The notes under the pieces: model-generated
Databases searched by the model: none
Seen by the model: the letters and a program-made list of their open reading frames with translations, nothing else
What the model was told of the DNA's origin: nothing
Assembly: GCA_965655095.1 (NCBI GenBank)
Contig: OZ296649.1
Coordinates: forward strand, 69,130,001 to 69,194,000
DNA from: Haplodiscus bocki
Lineage: Eukaryota
DNA: 64,000 nucleotides
Direction: 5' to 3'
Shown here: one piece after another, positions 1-14,450 of the stretch
Position numbering within the stretch: the first letter of the stretch is position 1
How the letters are laid out: every line of letters begins with the position of its first letter
Program-made: the position numbers and the translations under genes

Positions 1-2679
1 TCAATGTTCTTTGGCAAAAGGTTAGTTCCGAAGATTTCCGTGGAATCAAACCACAGTAGTTTGTCGAGAAATCTTTATACCAAAAACTGTGTTTAGATGA
101 TGCTTCATAAAATATTCCAAAAATTGGCCAGTATTAATAACAATCACCCTTGAAATCGGTCAAACATTTGTGTGCAGAATGTTGATTAAACTTAATTTCA
201 GTCTTCAAACTAATTTTATGTCCCTTGCGCAGCTTTTGATTTTATGTTTAAAAACACCTCCGGGCAATTCAGATCAAGCTTCTCTTAAAATTTTTCAAGT
301 ATGGCTGCAAAAATTGATGTATTACATCGAATATTTTTTTATTGAGCTGCCTTCAGTGCTCTAAAACTATTAAGAGCCGCACTTGGAATTACGGAAAACC
401 GCTCTCGGCCCTTAGCGTTGATGTTCCAGAAGAGATGGGTCACTGCGTAAAAGACCGTGGCGATAAATAAAAGGGCAATGATCCAATTACTCAGTATGAT
501 GAAACAAAAGCATGACTTCTTTCATAGGTTTCTTCGATAATAGCGTCGCATTTTTTTCAACGTCCAATTGACTCTAAAGTGCTGAATATATGTTGCGCAT
601 ATACTTCCGTGAAATTAATGATAGGGACACAAACTATTTGTGTTTTGGAAAACTTCTGCTCATGACCTATTGAGAACATTACAAAAACTTGTCAGTATTT
701 TTTTCTCAAAAATGGTTTTTCCATGTGCAATTTTTTCCAAAAAATGGGTGGATCGTTGCTTTTCTGGAAAACTTTCAAAGTATGCAAAGGGGTCACACAG
801 CATTTTGGACAGGTTTTGATTTAAAAAATTCAGCATAATAACAAGCGGGGGACCCTAATTCTTTTCCACAAAAAGGTAGTGTTAGGACCCTTTGATGTGT
901 TTGTATATGGTTTGCTGTTCGGGTAACCGCACGTTTGGTCTGTAGAAAAACTTGGCCACTCTTTCTTTTGATTGTTATCTCAAACAGACGATGGAAAAAC
1001 CACCATAATATTCTGACAGTTTTTATTCGGAAGCGATGACTAAATCAACTTTTACTAGTTCACAAACCACTTTAACACCAAGGCTAAACCAGCGTAAAAA
1101 TTTTGAGACATACTTTTATAATGAGCAACATATTCATATCAGAATTTCCTTTTTTCTCCGTTTATTTTGCAATTTCCTTATCCCGAATTTTCTGACGTCA
1201 TCGGTTTGCCGGGCTGGTTCACTGTTCCTGTGATTAGAAGGCAACGTTTTTCGCGAAAGAGGCATTAGAGTTAAGAACTGGAAAAAACAGCGGATTTAAG
1301 TGCCTTGTAGAGGAGATCCATCAGATTTTCTGAGGCAAACTATTGGGTCCTTGTTTTGAATGCGGCTTCAATTCAAATTCCACCAGTCGGAGAAAACTAG
1401 GATAGTCAAGTGGAACGCCTCCCGGAAAGTATCTCCCAAATCGATGTATTTTGTTTTGCCTACCCCTAAATTACGATTAAATCTTTCAAATTCGTTTTCA
1501 TTTTTCATTTCTTGCATTTTCATGACGATCACTCAACATTGAGGGAAAGAATTCATTTTCTGCCTGAACCCAGTTTTGAATGCTGCTTCTGCTCCTGTGG
1601 GGCTTGAAATACTTTCGAACAATTTTTTTCGTGCGGCTTGAGATCACACGCGCCTTCCATTAAATCTCAGCTCTGAATCAATTGAATATGTTACTTTGAT
1701 TGAAAAAGTTTTCAGACACTAATGAATTCAGTGGGAATACCACCTTCAAAGCCTGCAGTTTGCAATGGTTCTTCCGGGTGGTCCACTTCTCGTTCTTTGG
1801 TTAATTCGAAGATGCAAATCAGTGAAACCTCCATCAACATCGGTGAGAAAATAGGGCTTTTGGTACGTCTTGTTTTCGAAACGCCTTTTTTGAAATTCCT
1901 ACTTGTTGCCCTGGTAGCTATCGAAAGCTAGAGTTTTGCGCCTGTTTCCGAGTATGATTTGTAAATCTAAAGAGCGGCGTCCATTACTGAATCCCTTCAA
2001 GCAGACTTCAACAAACTCTTGCGAAAGTTAGCGAGATTTTTAAATTGTTTTACTTTGTTTTATGGTAAAGACGTGGAGCTAAGTTTCCCCAAACTCTCAG
2101 CCAACGACTAGTTTTTATCATCTGTTTTCACTGTAGCACTGTAGCCACATGTTACTACAAATATATATTCTGTGATTATGGGTCTTTATTTTTTTGTTCA
2201 CTGATGATTGTATGCTTTGAGGTAGTTGACTGTTGAATCGTCATTTTTCGAGATATTTTCTTATATGAAATACTGAAATTGCAAAAATATTTTTGAAATA
2301 CTGTTGTTCAATGTTCCCAGTGATGTCGAAGAAGGAAAACATTTTGGGCGTTTCATCTCACTATGAATGCGTATTAAAACAGTTCAGGCAAAACATCCAT
2401 GGGACTTTCTAATGCATTTATCCGCTATGTTTTCAAATGCGTCTTTTTCCGATCAACACAAGGCTATATCCTTCGGAAGTTTTCTCTCTGCTTTCTTTTA
2501 AAGTGAAACTTGAATAATTCAAGATTACAATTTGTCAACCACGCTGTAGACCAAACACAAAAATGTTTTGAGGTTATGGTTTTTAGTAAAGATGTGTGAA
2601 GCAGAATTTTCACTCAGACATTCACAAAAGAAATTTTGTCAATTAAGTTTTAAAACTTGGGCTCCACTTTTGAATTGTC

Positions 2680-5600
2680 CATCAGTGTCTGGAACTCAAT
2701 AATGTTTTCGCCAGCTGTCTATCGAAATTGAAGGGAAATGTACTTAAAAGACTTTTGGGAGATCAATTCAGTACAAACGGTCTTCCTGGGTGGAGGCTGA
2801 CAGGAATCTAACCAGAAATCTTTCTGTGTTCAGTACATTTGAAGATGAAACCTAATGCAAGGGGAGTGACGAAGAAGTCAGAAATTCTAGGAGTTGGATT
2901 TGTTTGATGATAGCTTCTTACCATTGAACATTGTAATCACAACAATCCTCTGATTTTGAAGCATCTGCTTTGCCTGTGAAGCCCTTTGTTGTCTTGTCTC
3001 TCAGTTTGTGGATAGTTCCTATTGTGATTTTGCTGTTATTTTGTTACAATGGGAATCACTATGAAAGTCTTGCGGCAACTGATGAAACGAAGCCTCAGTC
3101 AATAGTGATTTGAAGTAACTACTTGGAAGACAATGCCTGTGGGGACACAACTAGTGAAATGAGTGGCTTAGCTGAGTCAGACGTCAAATCAAATGTTTTT
3201 CAAATTTTTTGTTGGTACGCTCGAACTCAGAAGTAATCATCCGTCCATTCCTTGCACTCACTGGAAAATTAAGGGCCACGTTTGAAAGAAAAAAATTCCC
3301 CTGGCATCGAAATTTAGCAATGTAGAACGTACCAACCGTTCATCTCCTCCATGTTCTCAACTTTGGCCTTCAACTTCTATCTTGAATTCCGTACACAGTG
3401 GAACTGAGATAAATAATAACATTGGAGGTTGCAAGATTGCAGAACTTAGGAAGACAAAACAACGATTGATGGAAAGTTTGCTGAAAGCGGATTTAAGTCA
3501 CAGCTTGTGACAAAATCTTGAACGGGTTGGGCGACGATTTCTTATTTGTTGCTCCCAATCTACATTCGGCTTTCGCAAAGTTGATGAAGTGCTTGCCGGC
3601 CTAAACAGTCAGAAGGAACTGCCCTGAAACGCAATCAAGAGATTCCAGTATGCTGTGAAAACGAGCTTCAGCGTGTGTAAAGTAGATCATTGGAAATCGG
3701 AAGAACTATTGAATGGAAAAGGCAGCTTCCTGATCTGGATAAGGACCAACAGAATAATTTTAATTCCAAAGTGAGAATACTCAACCCTAACTGTAAACAA
3801 AGAACCAATCGAATGCTTTGAAAGACGATTGAGTCTGGAATGAGGAAAAAATTGAGAGATGACTCTTGCTTCTGGATAGAAAGGCCCAGAATCTATATTA
3901 TGTGAGGAGATGGGTGCACGATTCAGACAAGAAACGCGGGAACCTCCAATGCGGTAGACATCGCCGATCAGTTCTGAGTTGATTTACTTTGTGTTGACGC
4001 GAAATTGCTGCTTCAGATGATATTGTCTCAAAGTTCTCAAGCGTACTTTCACAGTCTTTCAAATGTATTTTTGTTCTTCTAAACGTTCGGATGGAATGCA
4101 TCGGTAAATTCGGCCTGAAATGTGCTTGAGTTTTGTTTCTTGCAAACGCAGTATTGTCACAAGCTTAAAGCTGTAGAAGTCAATTTGCATGAAACGCTGA
4201 TGAAAGATGATGTTTCTGAAAAACAGCCTAAGATCGGTTACTTCTAATGAAGAGGGAGGTGTTATATGTACTAATTGTCTTAGTTACATTAAAAACTAGA
4301 AGGTTCCACCAGAATAGGTCTACAATAGATTTGATATGGTAGCAAGGATCCAGAGATGGTAAACTTTGAGTATGCTGAAATAGAAACTGGTGCCTTTGAG
4401 CATACCGCTGATGTGCATATTGGCACGACCACGTGTAGGTACATAGGCGTTCAGAGGAGGAGCATTTTTTTGCCCTCAGATTTTCTAACATCAGTTCAAA
4501 AAAGTCCACGTACTATGAAGCCAAAAGAACCCAATGGAGTAAAGTTCAATTGAATAATGGCGGATAACCACGCGCAATTTGCAAGGGGTGTGCGTGTTGA
4601 AATTGTCAAATCCGCTGCATCGATCGAAACTTGTGAAGTCCAAACTCCACGTAGATTTGAATGCGACACTCGACCATGAATGGACCAAGTCGCCGCTTTC
4701 AGCTAATGACAGGTTTTTGACCGAGCAGCTGTACTTTTAAAAAAAGAGGATAATTCGGAAGAATCAACTGTTTTTGGACTTTCGACAGTGTCACGCACGG
4801 TTCTATTGACCTCAACAATCCACAGTCTTTCCACCAAGTCGGCCCCGGCAAAAATTAGAAACAGTTGTCAATTTTCAGAATGTTTTTGACGAAAAATTTA
4901 GCTTCCCTTCGGTGCCTGGAGGTAAAGGTCCCTCCTGCATCATCGGTTTGTAGAAGTTATTTTCGTAACAATCTCGGCAGCTTGTTGAAGAAGCATGTTC
5001 TCGCGCTTCCAGAAAAGTTGCGTAAAATTCAAACAATTTCTAAAACTTGCAAACTTGCTATTCAACAAATTGAAAATTTAACAATGCCCACGATCATTCC
5101 TACTGATCAGAAGAAATGAAAGTTGATTCTCGTCACTGCTTTTGATTTGAAGTGCAACGATACAGTATATTAGCTCACCAAGGTGGTTCATAACGATTGT
5201 AAAACATGGTCCAAAGGAAGGGTTGACTTGATTTTGCAGGCCGATAAAGAAGTAAAGAGACCCTGCATGATTCTTGGTTCGACAAGTTGAAAAGTTTAGG
5301 AAATTTTTCCATGCGTGGAAGTTAACTTCTGCTCAAGGTACAATTTCACAAGTTTTGAATTTACGGAACCAGTATTGTACAAATCAAGAATTCTTCAGAC
5401 CAACCTCACCAAGTCATCAAAGGATCCTTCTTATCAAACTGTTCGATGATTTATAACACCGTTACGATATTGTGGGGAAATTAATTGCAATAACCATATG
5501 AATATTTAACCGATGCAACTCAAAGAGCTCAGCAAAATTTGCGTGGCTCAAATCCAAACCAGTTACCGGTTTTGCTCGAAACAACGGGAGCTGGAATTTT

Positions 5601-7920
5601 CTAAATGCATCTATCAACTCAGCAGCAACGGTCAGTGTGTGAATACTTGAAACTTAATAGGCTGAGCAGGTCTATTTACTCCAATGAGTTGAGAGACCTG
5701 AAAAACTTCTACCACAAAATATTGAGGATTTTTTAACTTTTCAATAATGAAGACAAACTTTCCTATGGATGTGCTTTTTACCACCAAAATGCCCATCAAA
5801 ATGTTTTCAATGTCTCTGGTAAAAACGCCAGAAGCTATAAAAAGTAGCGAAGAAAAGTTAACATCGCGGAGGGGGAAGATGCAGACGTGTGAAATGATTA
5901 TGAGGTGATGCACGTTCGTTAACAGCAGTTATCAAAGAGCATCGCTCCCCGCATTTATGAGTACACGAATGTTGCCACTACTCTGACAACATCCGTCCTT
6001 GATGATTGGGATATATTTTCATTGAAGGTAAACTACCTTGTTCAAGATCCAATAAAGAATTTTTCACATTGGTGAGAGGATTCAAACGAACAGAAGCGGA
6101 AGGTTTCCACACAATTTTCCACGTAGGAAAGATAGCGTTTCTTCCAACAAAATAGAGTGGACCGTTCTCCTTTTCACTTTGCTGGCGGAGAATGTATAGA
6201 TGAATTTGTCAAGCTTAATGTGGTTTATCACGTTTTGCCTGAGAACTGAAAATGTTTCAAAACTCTTCCAACGTTGACATAGAATTTGCGCATCTGAGTG
6301 TTGTCTCCTATTCAGTTACGGCATCACGTAAATTTGGCGTAACCACAATTCATAGGTTTCTTGCGCTTGAGTTAGGTATATGTTCAACTCCTTGAATGCA
6401 GAGCTGTCGTCCAGTACTCTTCATTCATAGCGGACTGAACTACAAAACTACTTTGCGTCCTCCTTATTGATGAGCTTCCTACGTTGAAAGTAGTTTTCTC
6501 AACCGACTTTATCAGAGACTGCGTCACAGCAAAAAAACTAAAAGCTGCCTTCTGAATTGTGACAGCATTTTTCGGGACCTTTTCCAGTTAAATCTTGTGC
6601 TCGATTCACCATTTGGCGCTGATTTCACCATGAACTCTCAGCTTTTTACGTTACAGCTTTGAAAAATTATGAGATGTTCGAACTCATCCAGATAAAGGAA
6701 CAAACTGTTTATCTTTGCGAGGAGCTTCTGTATTCGTTGCTCGTGGGTCATCCGATTGGACAGGACCGGTTTGGAAAATATCTTCCTCCAAAAACGCAGA
6801 GTGCAAGTCACTGGCAAAAAAGCAAAACGTTCCAATAAGCAGCATCTCGTTGCTCATGAAAAGGTGCATCACTGATATGCTAAATACTTTCGGGAACTTG
6901 AATCATGGACGCCAGAAGTACCAGAAAAACGTGTATAGAAGGCCCAGGAAAAATCTGCTGGTGATCCAGGAACAACATAAAAATTGTATTTTTGTCTTCT
7001 TCTTGCGAGTGGCCAAAACTATACGTTAACATCGAACAAAGATAAGAACCACGGAGTTGTCAAAGTTTCTTCCAGAATACTAAAAGCAGTTTCGAAAAAA
7101 ATCACCGGCAAGTAGCATGTGCCTGAACTGTGGTGGATCGATCCTGATGAGAAAACTACTGATTTGGCAGCCCCAAACTATTACAGGGCTACATTTGTTC
7201 CAATAATCGAAAACGGGTAGGACCACCTCTAAAAAGTGTGGTCCGAGACTTTCCTGTTGGCTTAAGCATCCAGACAGGCCAAAGTTTTCATATCGAATGG
7301 AGCCAAAATCCTTCCAGTTCACGGAGATAGATCCAAATCCACTTGGAATTGTGTTTTGAATTCAAATTAAAGGTTCATGGACCATCTAGGAGGATCTGTC
7401 CATATATTCAACAGAATTGGTAACAATTTGGTGGCATCTATGTCGAGTAGACCCTGTAATGTCTAGCTGCAAAATGTACTTCCCATTCACACACCTGAAA
7501 TCTAGCCAGTGCCGCTTTCTTTTCCATAAAAAGCAAAGAATTAATGATCACATCGTTGACAATACTTCGTGTATCTTTTATAAACAGTGCCATTTTTTGA
7601 TTTTCTCTGAGATGTGGCTGGAAGACAAGGACGGTTTGCAATCTTTATACTTTAGTACGTTGTTGCTCACTACTTTTCAATTTCGTAGGCGGACCGAGCT
7701 ATCAGAAGACCATCCTCCGGTACTTTTGTTTAATATTGTTAATTTTCCTCGAAGAAAGTTGTCAGACGGAGAGAATGATGATCAATGGGGAGCATTTCTT
7801 GAGAACTCGGTCCATGAATGATATATTCATCTCTCCTATTTTAGTTGTTGACCGGAAAACCTGGATTAACAGTTTTTTGTTGCGCTGAAAGTTGCCTTGT
7901 CAACAGTTCTGACCACTTTC
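2680..7920 (+). mobile_element. Heavily decayed Helitron/Helentron-like element (OTU protease-like N-terminus, AP-endonuclease-like C-terminus)
   Basis: OTU-like motifs VSGTQ*CFRQLSIEIEG (~2685-2735) and LLFCYNGNHYESL (YNGNHYESL at 3045-3071). EEP/APE-like motifs INDHIVD...CHFLIFSEMWLED (~7540-7626) and SDH (7908-7916). The spacing fits the OTU-Rep-PIF1-EN order, but Rep and helicase motifs cannot be read cleanly. Confidence 0.45.
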
Positions 7921-8966
7921 GCTGCAGGGGAGCAGTTGGAGGTTTCAATGGGCATGTATGCGTTTTGTGAGAAGCTGGTGGAAGTTTAAATTAATTCTTC
8001 AAAAATTCAAACCGACAGATGTCTTGTTTGTCACAACGAAGTTCTACACATTTAATTTCACTCTTCTGGATCTGGTTCAGTCCAAATCATTGGTTTTGCT
8101 CAACCTTTCAGTTTTTCACAGTATCCACTTGCTGCTGTTTTTTCATGTCCATTCTGGCCTGAAGGAATTGAAGGCCTTTGTGCAACCCAGTTTTGAACCT
8201 TAAAAAATGTTCCTTTTAGATCCCGACTGTGGCTTGTGAAGGTGTCACAGTTTTGTCAATAGCATTTTTTTATTCTATCGGATTGTACTCGTTTGTTGCT
8301 AGTCATTATGGTAACCCTTCAAACGAACTTGACCATACCTCTCTTAAACAAAACCCAACCCACTTATTTTAACCACTTAACAGTCTCAGTCTGAAAACGT
8401 CAACACCCTCTTTATGCACCGCAAGATTTTGTGTTTTTTTGCGGAAGTCAGGCTTTTCAATTTAACCCAAAAATTTCCAATTCGATTTTTCTTTGCTGAA
8501 GAAACAAAGAAACTAAGAAAGCGAAAATTAAACTCTCAGACCGAATTTGTTTTAGTGGAAGTTGACAAATAGCAAAATAAATTGAAGAACGTTTGGTTGT
8601 AGTGGGAATCGTAGTTACCGAAAGTCGGTGACGGACTGTCATTGTCATTGACCACTAATCTTCAGAGGAAATCAAGTAGGAGGATAAAAAACAGTGAGAA
8701 AATAGTTGAGGAAGTAACTTAGAATTAAAAAGCACACGGAGAAAAAATCTGCCAAGTGAAGGAATATTTTTAAATTCGTTTTTATCTCACAACTGAAAAA
8801 GAAGCAAAACCGAAGAAGAGAAGGCATGCATCCAGCCACATTTAGTGAAACTTTTGGAAAGCGAATCCTATACAATGGAATTGATGCCCGAGTAAGGAGT
8901 CTGGAACTGTCCGAGAGCAGTTCCACTGCAACGTTCCTGCGATCCGATTTGGTTGCCAAATGAATA

Positions 8967-9992
8967 CCCGGGTCGAAATTTTTTTTGAGATTCGCCGTTA
9001 TTTTTCTGAGACCGCCGGTAATTCCGCTGATACCGCCGTTAATCGTCTCAGAACCGCCGATGCGCAGTTATCGTAGAACTTCTGCAGAGAATTGAAGTTG
9101 ACCGCCGCTATTTGTTAACGAAAAGCCGTTTCTTTGCGCCGATATCCCACAAAAAAGCGCCGGTAAAATTTTTTGATACTGATGCAGAAAAATGTGTACC
9201 TTGTCGGAAAACCAGATTTCCCCAAAAGAAAAACAAAAGACGTTGCAATGTTTTTTGTTTCAAATTTGAGGCTATCGTACACCCAAACCTTCGCCCAGAA
9301 ATGTCAATGAAAAAATTGGAAAAATCAAATTTCATACAAAAAATAGACATTCGGTTCCATCATCTTCAACTCTATTTGTGAAAATGAAGATTGTTCGACA
9401 ACTAAATTTACTTTTTTTCTTCTTTTGACTGACACTTCTTGTCTTTTTAGATGTATTGAGTCTTTTCCATATTGCTCCATATCTGAATCTGGTTGTTTGA
9501 ATTTCCAATTGATGTCATTTTTGTGATACCTCGATTAAGTTTGTCAGTTTTTGGGTTCCTATGGAGGCCACCTTCTCGTCGTGGTTCCTGTCAAGTGGGG
9601 TAAGTGGTGCCCGCTAGCTGAGAGCCTCCACTTTGAAACAACAGGACTGCTGTTCCCATCATCTGCAAACTTGGTTTGTGGAAGGCAACGTTGTCCGACA
9701 ACTTGATTCACGTTTTTCATCCTTTTGACTAGCTAGTTGAGGCAGTCCAAAATTGAAGATTTTCGCTGAACGACAGCGGCGAAAAACATATCGGCGAAAT
9801 TTTGCTAGGATAGTGGCGATTCGAAGTCCGCCGTTATTTTTCTAAGATATGGGTGGTAATTTATCGGCGAAAATTTACTAAGAAACGGCTGTAATCGCTG
9901 TTATTCTTCTATGAATTACCGGTGGTTTTGCAATTTTTTACCGCCGATCCGCCGTTATCGTGGAAAAACTTCAGCGAAAATTTCGACCCGGG
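8967..9992. mobile_element. Non-autonomous TIR DNA transposon (MITE-like), TA target duplication
   Basis: TA|CCCGGGTCGAAATTT at 8965 and its reverse complement AAATTTCGACCCGGG|TA ending at 9994. Subterminal CCGCCG/CGGCG repeats occur at both ends. No transposase. Confidence 0.8.
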
Positions 9993-10499
9993 TAACACTC
10001 CCACTTCCCGTCCAACCTTTGAAACGCTCATCTTTTTGCATGCTTGCCTTCGACTGTGTTAAAGGCAGTTACAGACGCACGCACGCTCGCACGCGTACAC
10101 ACACACAAATGCGACATCAAGGAATCCGCAACACCTCCGCAGAACTCTTGGACGAATTTTGCTGCGAAAGTGAACTTGAGCCAGATTTCCAGCCTCTACA
10201 AAGACAGCGAGTCCTTCAAAAACAAATTATCGACTGAACGATCACTGAAGATGAAGTCAGACTAGACACAAACGCAAGCGGCTAGTGGAACACTAGTTTC
10301 CTCAAAAATTTCTCCGACGAGCAGATCTACAACCAAATGGGCAAAACAATTACTCAGAAGAAGCAAAAAGTATGCATTTTGCTCTATTAAGGAGTTCGAC
10401 TCCATAACCTTGGGTTTGCAGACTACTTAGAATACAGACGATCATTGTCCTTTTTTCCCTGAGCGTCACTGGAGGGGAGAAAAGGTTCCTCAAAAATCG

Positions 10500-12170
10500 G
10501 TGACGCTCTAAATTTACATCCAACTCAAATCCTAACTTCTGTCGTGCTTGTTTTGGTGACATGCTGACTTCGCTTAGAAAAAATAAATCAATTGTCTAAT
10601 GTCATATTAGTTTTTTAAAAACAAAAGACGGCTATCGACACTTCATAGAAACTGTGCAGCTTGCAGCATATTGATGCCAGAGGTCTTTCCTGGTTTTCAA
10701 ATGCCCATTAGGTGAGCACGGGCTACTTAAACTTTTACTCACTTCGTTCTGACTCCCATGCATGCCATTTTTTTTAGTTATGTCAGACCCATTCAAGAGA
10801 CACAAAGTCCAAAGATATGACCCTGGTTTAGTCTGAATATTTTTCCTAAAGCTGATTGACAAGAGGAGCTAGGATTACGGAGCATGACTTCACAAGAAAT
10901 AGTGGAGTTGGATCTGAGCTGTGAAGCTTGTCGGCGCCTTGCAAATTAACTCTCTACTAATGCTGAGACTGATGTTCAGTTCAATTAGAGAACTTTCGTG
11001 GTTTTTAGGCTTGGTAAAAGGAAAGTCCCAGAAATTTTGGCACCTTTAACGTTAATAGGCCTCTGGAAAAATATTAATACTCTAAGTTGTAATAGCAATC
11101 AGCTTTTTGTATTGCCCTTTTTCGTAGTTCAGAAGTTTTGGTGAAACCAAAGCTCTACGCCAAGATCTCCTAATCTTTGTTTGAGCTCCTAGAGATGATG
11201 GTTCCCAGGTAAATGCTTGTACTCGAGCCAGAGGAATGTCATTATCATGAAGATTTTCATTTGTTTTTTGGCACAAATGGTATAATGATGATGAAACAGC
11301 TGACAAGTTGTCAAAGCTATTTTGGTGCGAACTGAAATCACAGTAAATTTGAGTGTACAATGAAGCATTAAAAAATTCTTTTGTTTTCCTTGAAATGATG
11401 GTGAGAATCAGAGGAGGAAAGATTGATTAAGCATGGCGTCAAAAACCAACTAACTAACTGACTGTCTATTTGATTCTTTAAGATCATTGGCCACAACATT
11501 TTTCTAAAAAAGGATCCCAAATTGCATCTACGGAATTCTTCAATGCGACATCAACAAGGTATGAGTTCCACGTTGATAATGTTGAAGCTCAGAATTGAAG
11601 GCAAAAGAATCAATATCATCTGTGAAAAACAGATTACATAGTGCGAAGAAGGTGTTAAACGTTAATCTTGTCAGCTGGAATGGAAGAGGGTAAGAGCCAG
11701 ACGTCTAACAAACGACGTACCCGCTTAATGCTTACTTTCCGAGAACGTGGTGCTGCTTTCTTTAGACTAGCACCAAAGTGGAAGGTAAGACGGGAACTAC
11801 CAATACTTTCAGTATGACAATTGAGGACAACGTTGCGTTTTGCTGAAATACAGGTGTTCTATGTTTTTCTTAAGTGATGTCGTTAACAAAATAAGGTGTT
11901 CCAGGTGTTTTACTAGCTACGTTGGTCAAACTATTGGGTTTCGGATGACACGCTTGATTGGACACGGCAGAAAGGCTAGCTGTAAAGTCTAACACCTTGA
12001 GCCTTGACAAACTACCTTTGGATAAACTGAGTGACAAATATTCAACAAATCTGAAGACCTGAGAAAACGACTGATACTAGAAGCTCCGAAGGCTGCGAGT
12101 TTGGGGCCTGCCATCAGCATGATAGCATGAAAGAAGACTATTACGCCCGGGAACTTATCGTTGGAGCCTG
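10500..12170 (+). mobile_element. Decayed Penelope-like retroelement (RT remnant plus GIY-YIG endonuclease)
   Basis: GIY-YIG-like SDVVNKIRCSRCFTSYVGQT (YVGQT at 11918-11932), followed by TRL..H and LILEA. Upstream thumb-like remnants W.QKPT (~11434) and FFNATST...FH (~11536-11572). Left boundary is approximate. Confidence 0.6.
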
Positions 12171-13568
12171 AACAATAAATTTTTGCTCTGATTAACGTAT
12201 ATGGCTGAAATTTTAGTTGCTTTTCGGTCCATCGTCCTCTGATGCTTTCTATGCATTAGTTGATCTGAAGTTAGAGTGTTTTTTGATTTCCTGTGTTGAT
12301 CCTAAGGATCGGAATCGTTTAGATTTTACACTTTTCCTATTGAATTTTTCTGGACTTTTGCTTGTTGTTGGTACGAGAATGCCGCCGGGATCAGCATTAA
12401 AACGATAGTGTCCTGTAATGGTAAAGAATGTCCTAGTGAGCAAGTCACGGGGAAGTCTTCACTATCAGAGGCTTGTTGGTAAGTTTCCTTTAAAGAAAGA
12501 GCTCATGTAAACAAACAGCAAAATGATAAACTACAGCTGTTGTTTGAGAGTGATAGGATTTGCAACGTTCGAATAGGAGCTTTCATCTGCTGTAATTTTC
12601 AGTTTTAACTGCATGATTTTCGTATACGGCTAGAGATCTCCTTTTTTAAGCTCGTGAAAAAGTATCTCTATCCTACTGGATATAAAATGATTCGTAAGAT
12701 GATTCGTAAAGCCAAGTTTTTAGCCTGTTTTTTTTACTTGGGGATTTGGAGAAAAAAAAATCGGTTGAATATTCTTTCAGTATGTGAGATATGAGAAAAT
12801 GTTTTCTAATATGAAGCGGATTTGAATTGACCAGCAACGGTCTTGCTTTTGAAGTAGAAGGGCTGTGTTTGTCCAGTCTGCGTCCTGTTTGAACTATCCA
12901 TATACCTCAAAACTTATGGGGAATTAAAAATGTAAGCTTTTTATCAGTGAAAACAGTTCTTTCGTTTCTCCACGCGACCAATAATTACTTTTCATCGACC
13001 CTTAAAATTTTCGGTTTCAGATACTTTTGACGCTTACGGAGTTGTTAGTAGTTTCCAATTTCCTCTATATTGAAAGTTTTGAAAAGTTTACATTGTGTTT
13101 AGGAGTGTTTCCATTTCAATCTCGACTTGTGCTCAACTGTTGAAAAGGTGACATCGTTTTTGAGGGTAACCCAATATCATCATTTTCGCCTCAAACAGAC
13201 TGGCACACGCTCCATGAAAAGAGATTTTGGAAGTTTTGCACGGGATTCCCGGATTATCCCCATCACCAGTATTCTTTCAACTATGTGAGAAATTTCTTTC
13301 AATTGGTTTTCAAAAGCGAATTTCTTACTGAAACATGGAAGAGAATTGATTTTGCGATTGAATAAAAAATCGATCCGGAAAGTTTTTGTCGTTTTTGATT
13401 AACACGTATCCAAAATACTGGATCCTTTTTCATCTCTATCAGAAACATGGGATCAAAGTCAGAGTCCTGGTTTGTTTGAATTGTAACTCTACCACTACCT
13501 GACAATGGCAGAAGGAATCAGTACATTCTTAACAGTTGCAGTTTTTGTTACAGTTGATTTAATTTATC

Positions 13569-13613
13569 AGCTTGTGCCTAATGAGCTTGTGCCTAATGAG
13601 CTTGTGCCTAATG
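13569..13613. repeat. 15-bp tandem repeat x3 (AGCTTGTGCCTAATG)
   Basis: Three perfect consecutive copies, at the 3' end of a minus-strand LINE remnant. Confidence 0.95.
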
Positions 13614-13619
13614 ACATAG

Positions 13620-14450
13620 ATAGGTAAATCTTGATTAACCAAATCAGAGCAGGGCAATACGAACAAGAGAGTTTGCGTGTAATAAAACACCCACGCCAAA
13701 ATAGGAGTTTCTCACTATTTGTGAGAATGTTCTACTTCTGTGGAAGCTAAGAAGTCGCCTGGTTTGTTTTGGGAGACTTCAGCAATGATAACAAAAAAAG
13801 CAGTTTCTTCAAATCTTTCCAAATTTTCGCACTTGAATCGTTTTCTGCAACTGGTTGGAGAAGCAATAAGAACAACAATGTAAAGCCAGACAGTTTTTTG
13901 TTTCCCTAAAAATTGGTCTTGGAGGTTGATCAAAAACTGATCAATACGGACTTTTCACCTTACTCTCTCTGTTGATAGTGTAAATACGTAAATCTGAACA
14001 GTATTTGTACTTTTTCGTTTTCTTCAGGGAATAAGGTGTTCAAAGGTAATACTTTCAGTGCTTACAGACCGCTCTATGCCACTTCTTTTATAAGGCGAGT
14101 CTTTACTCACAACTCAGCACGTTTTTGAGTTATGTACAATGCACGGTAGACATCTTCACTTACTGAGGGAAAATTAGGTCTTGCAAACGGAGCAAGCCTC
14201 TTGGGTATGACATTATTTTAAAGATGTTGTAGTTACAAAAACCGCAATACCAGCTTCATCGTTCTTCACCCTGGGCGGTAAACTAATCACGGATGGTTTT
14301 GCTAGGCAACAAAATGCAGCATATTGAGCGCAAAACAGATTAAATTATAGTAGTCGAATGTTTGCCCGATTAATGTTTAAACCCAAATACTTCGCAAGAG
14401 CAACGAATTCAAGTTCTTGACAAACATTGGAAAGTTTCAGTTTTATGCTG
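13620..14450 (-). mobile_element. Decayed LINE RT C-terminal remnant
   Basis: The minus strand reads QELEFVALAKYLGLNI (~14420-14373), the KYLG motif downstream of non-LTR RT. Confidence 0.5.

Noticed and set aside
1-2650. Short ORFs in the first 2.6 kb
   Set aside because: No motif, repeat structure or exon signal that I could support.
13569-13613. Short direct repeats as a CRISPR-like array
   Set aside because: The 15-bp units are contiguous with no spacers, in a eukaryotic context at a LINE 3' end.
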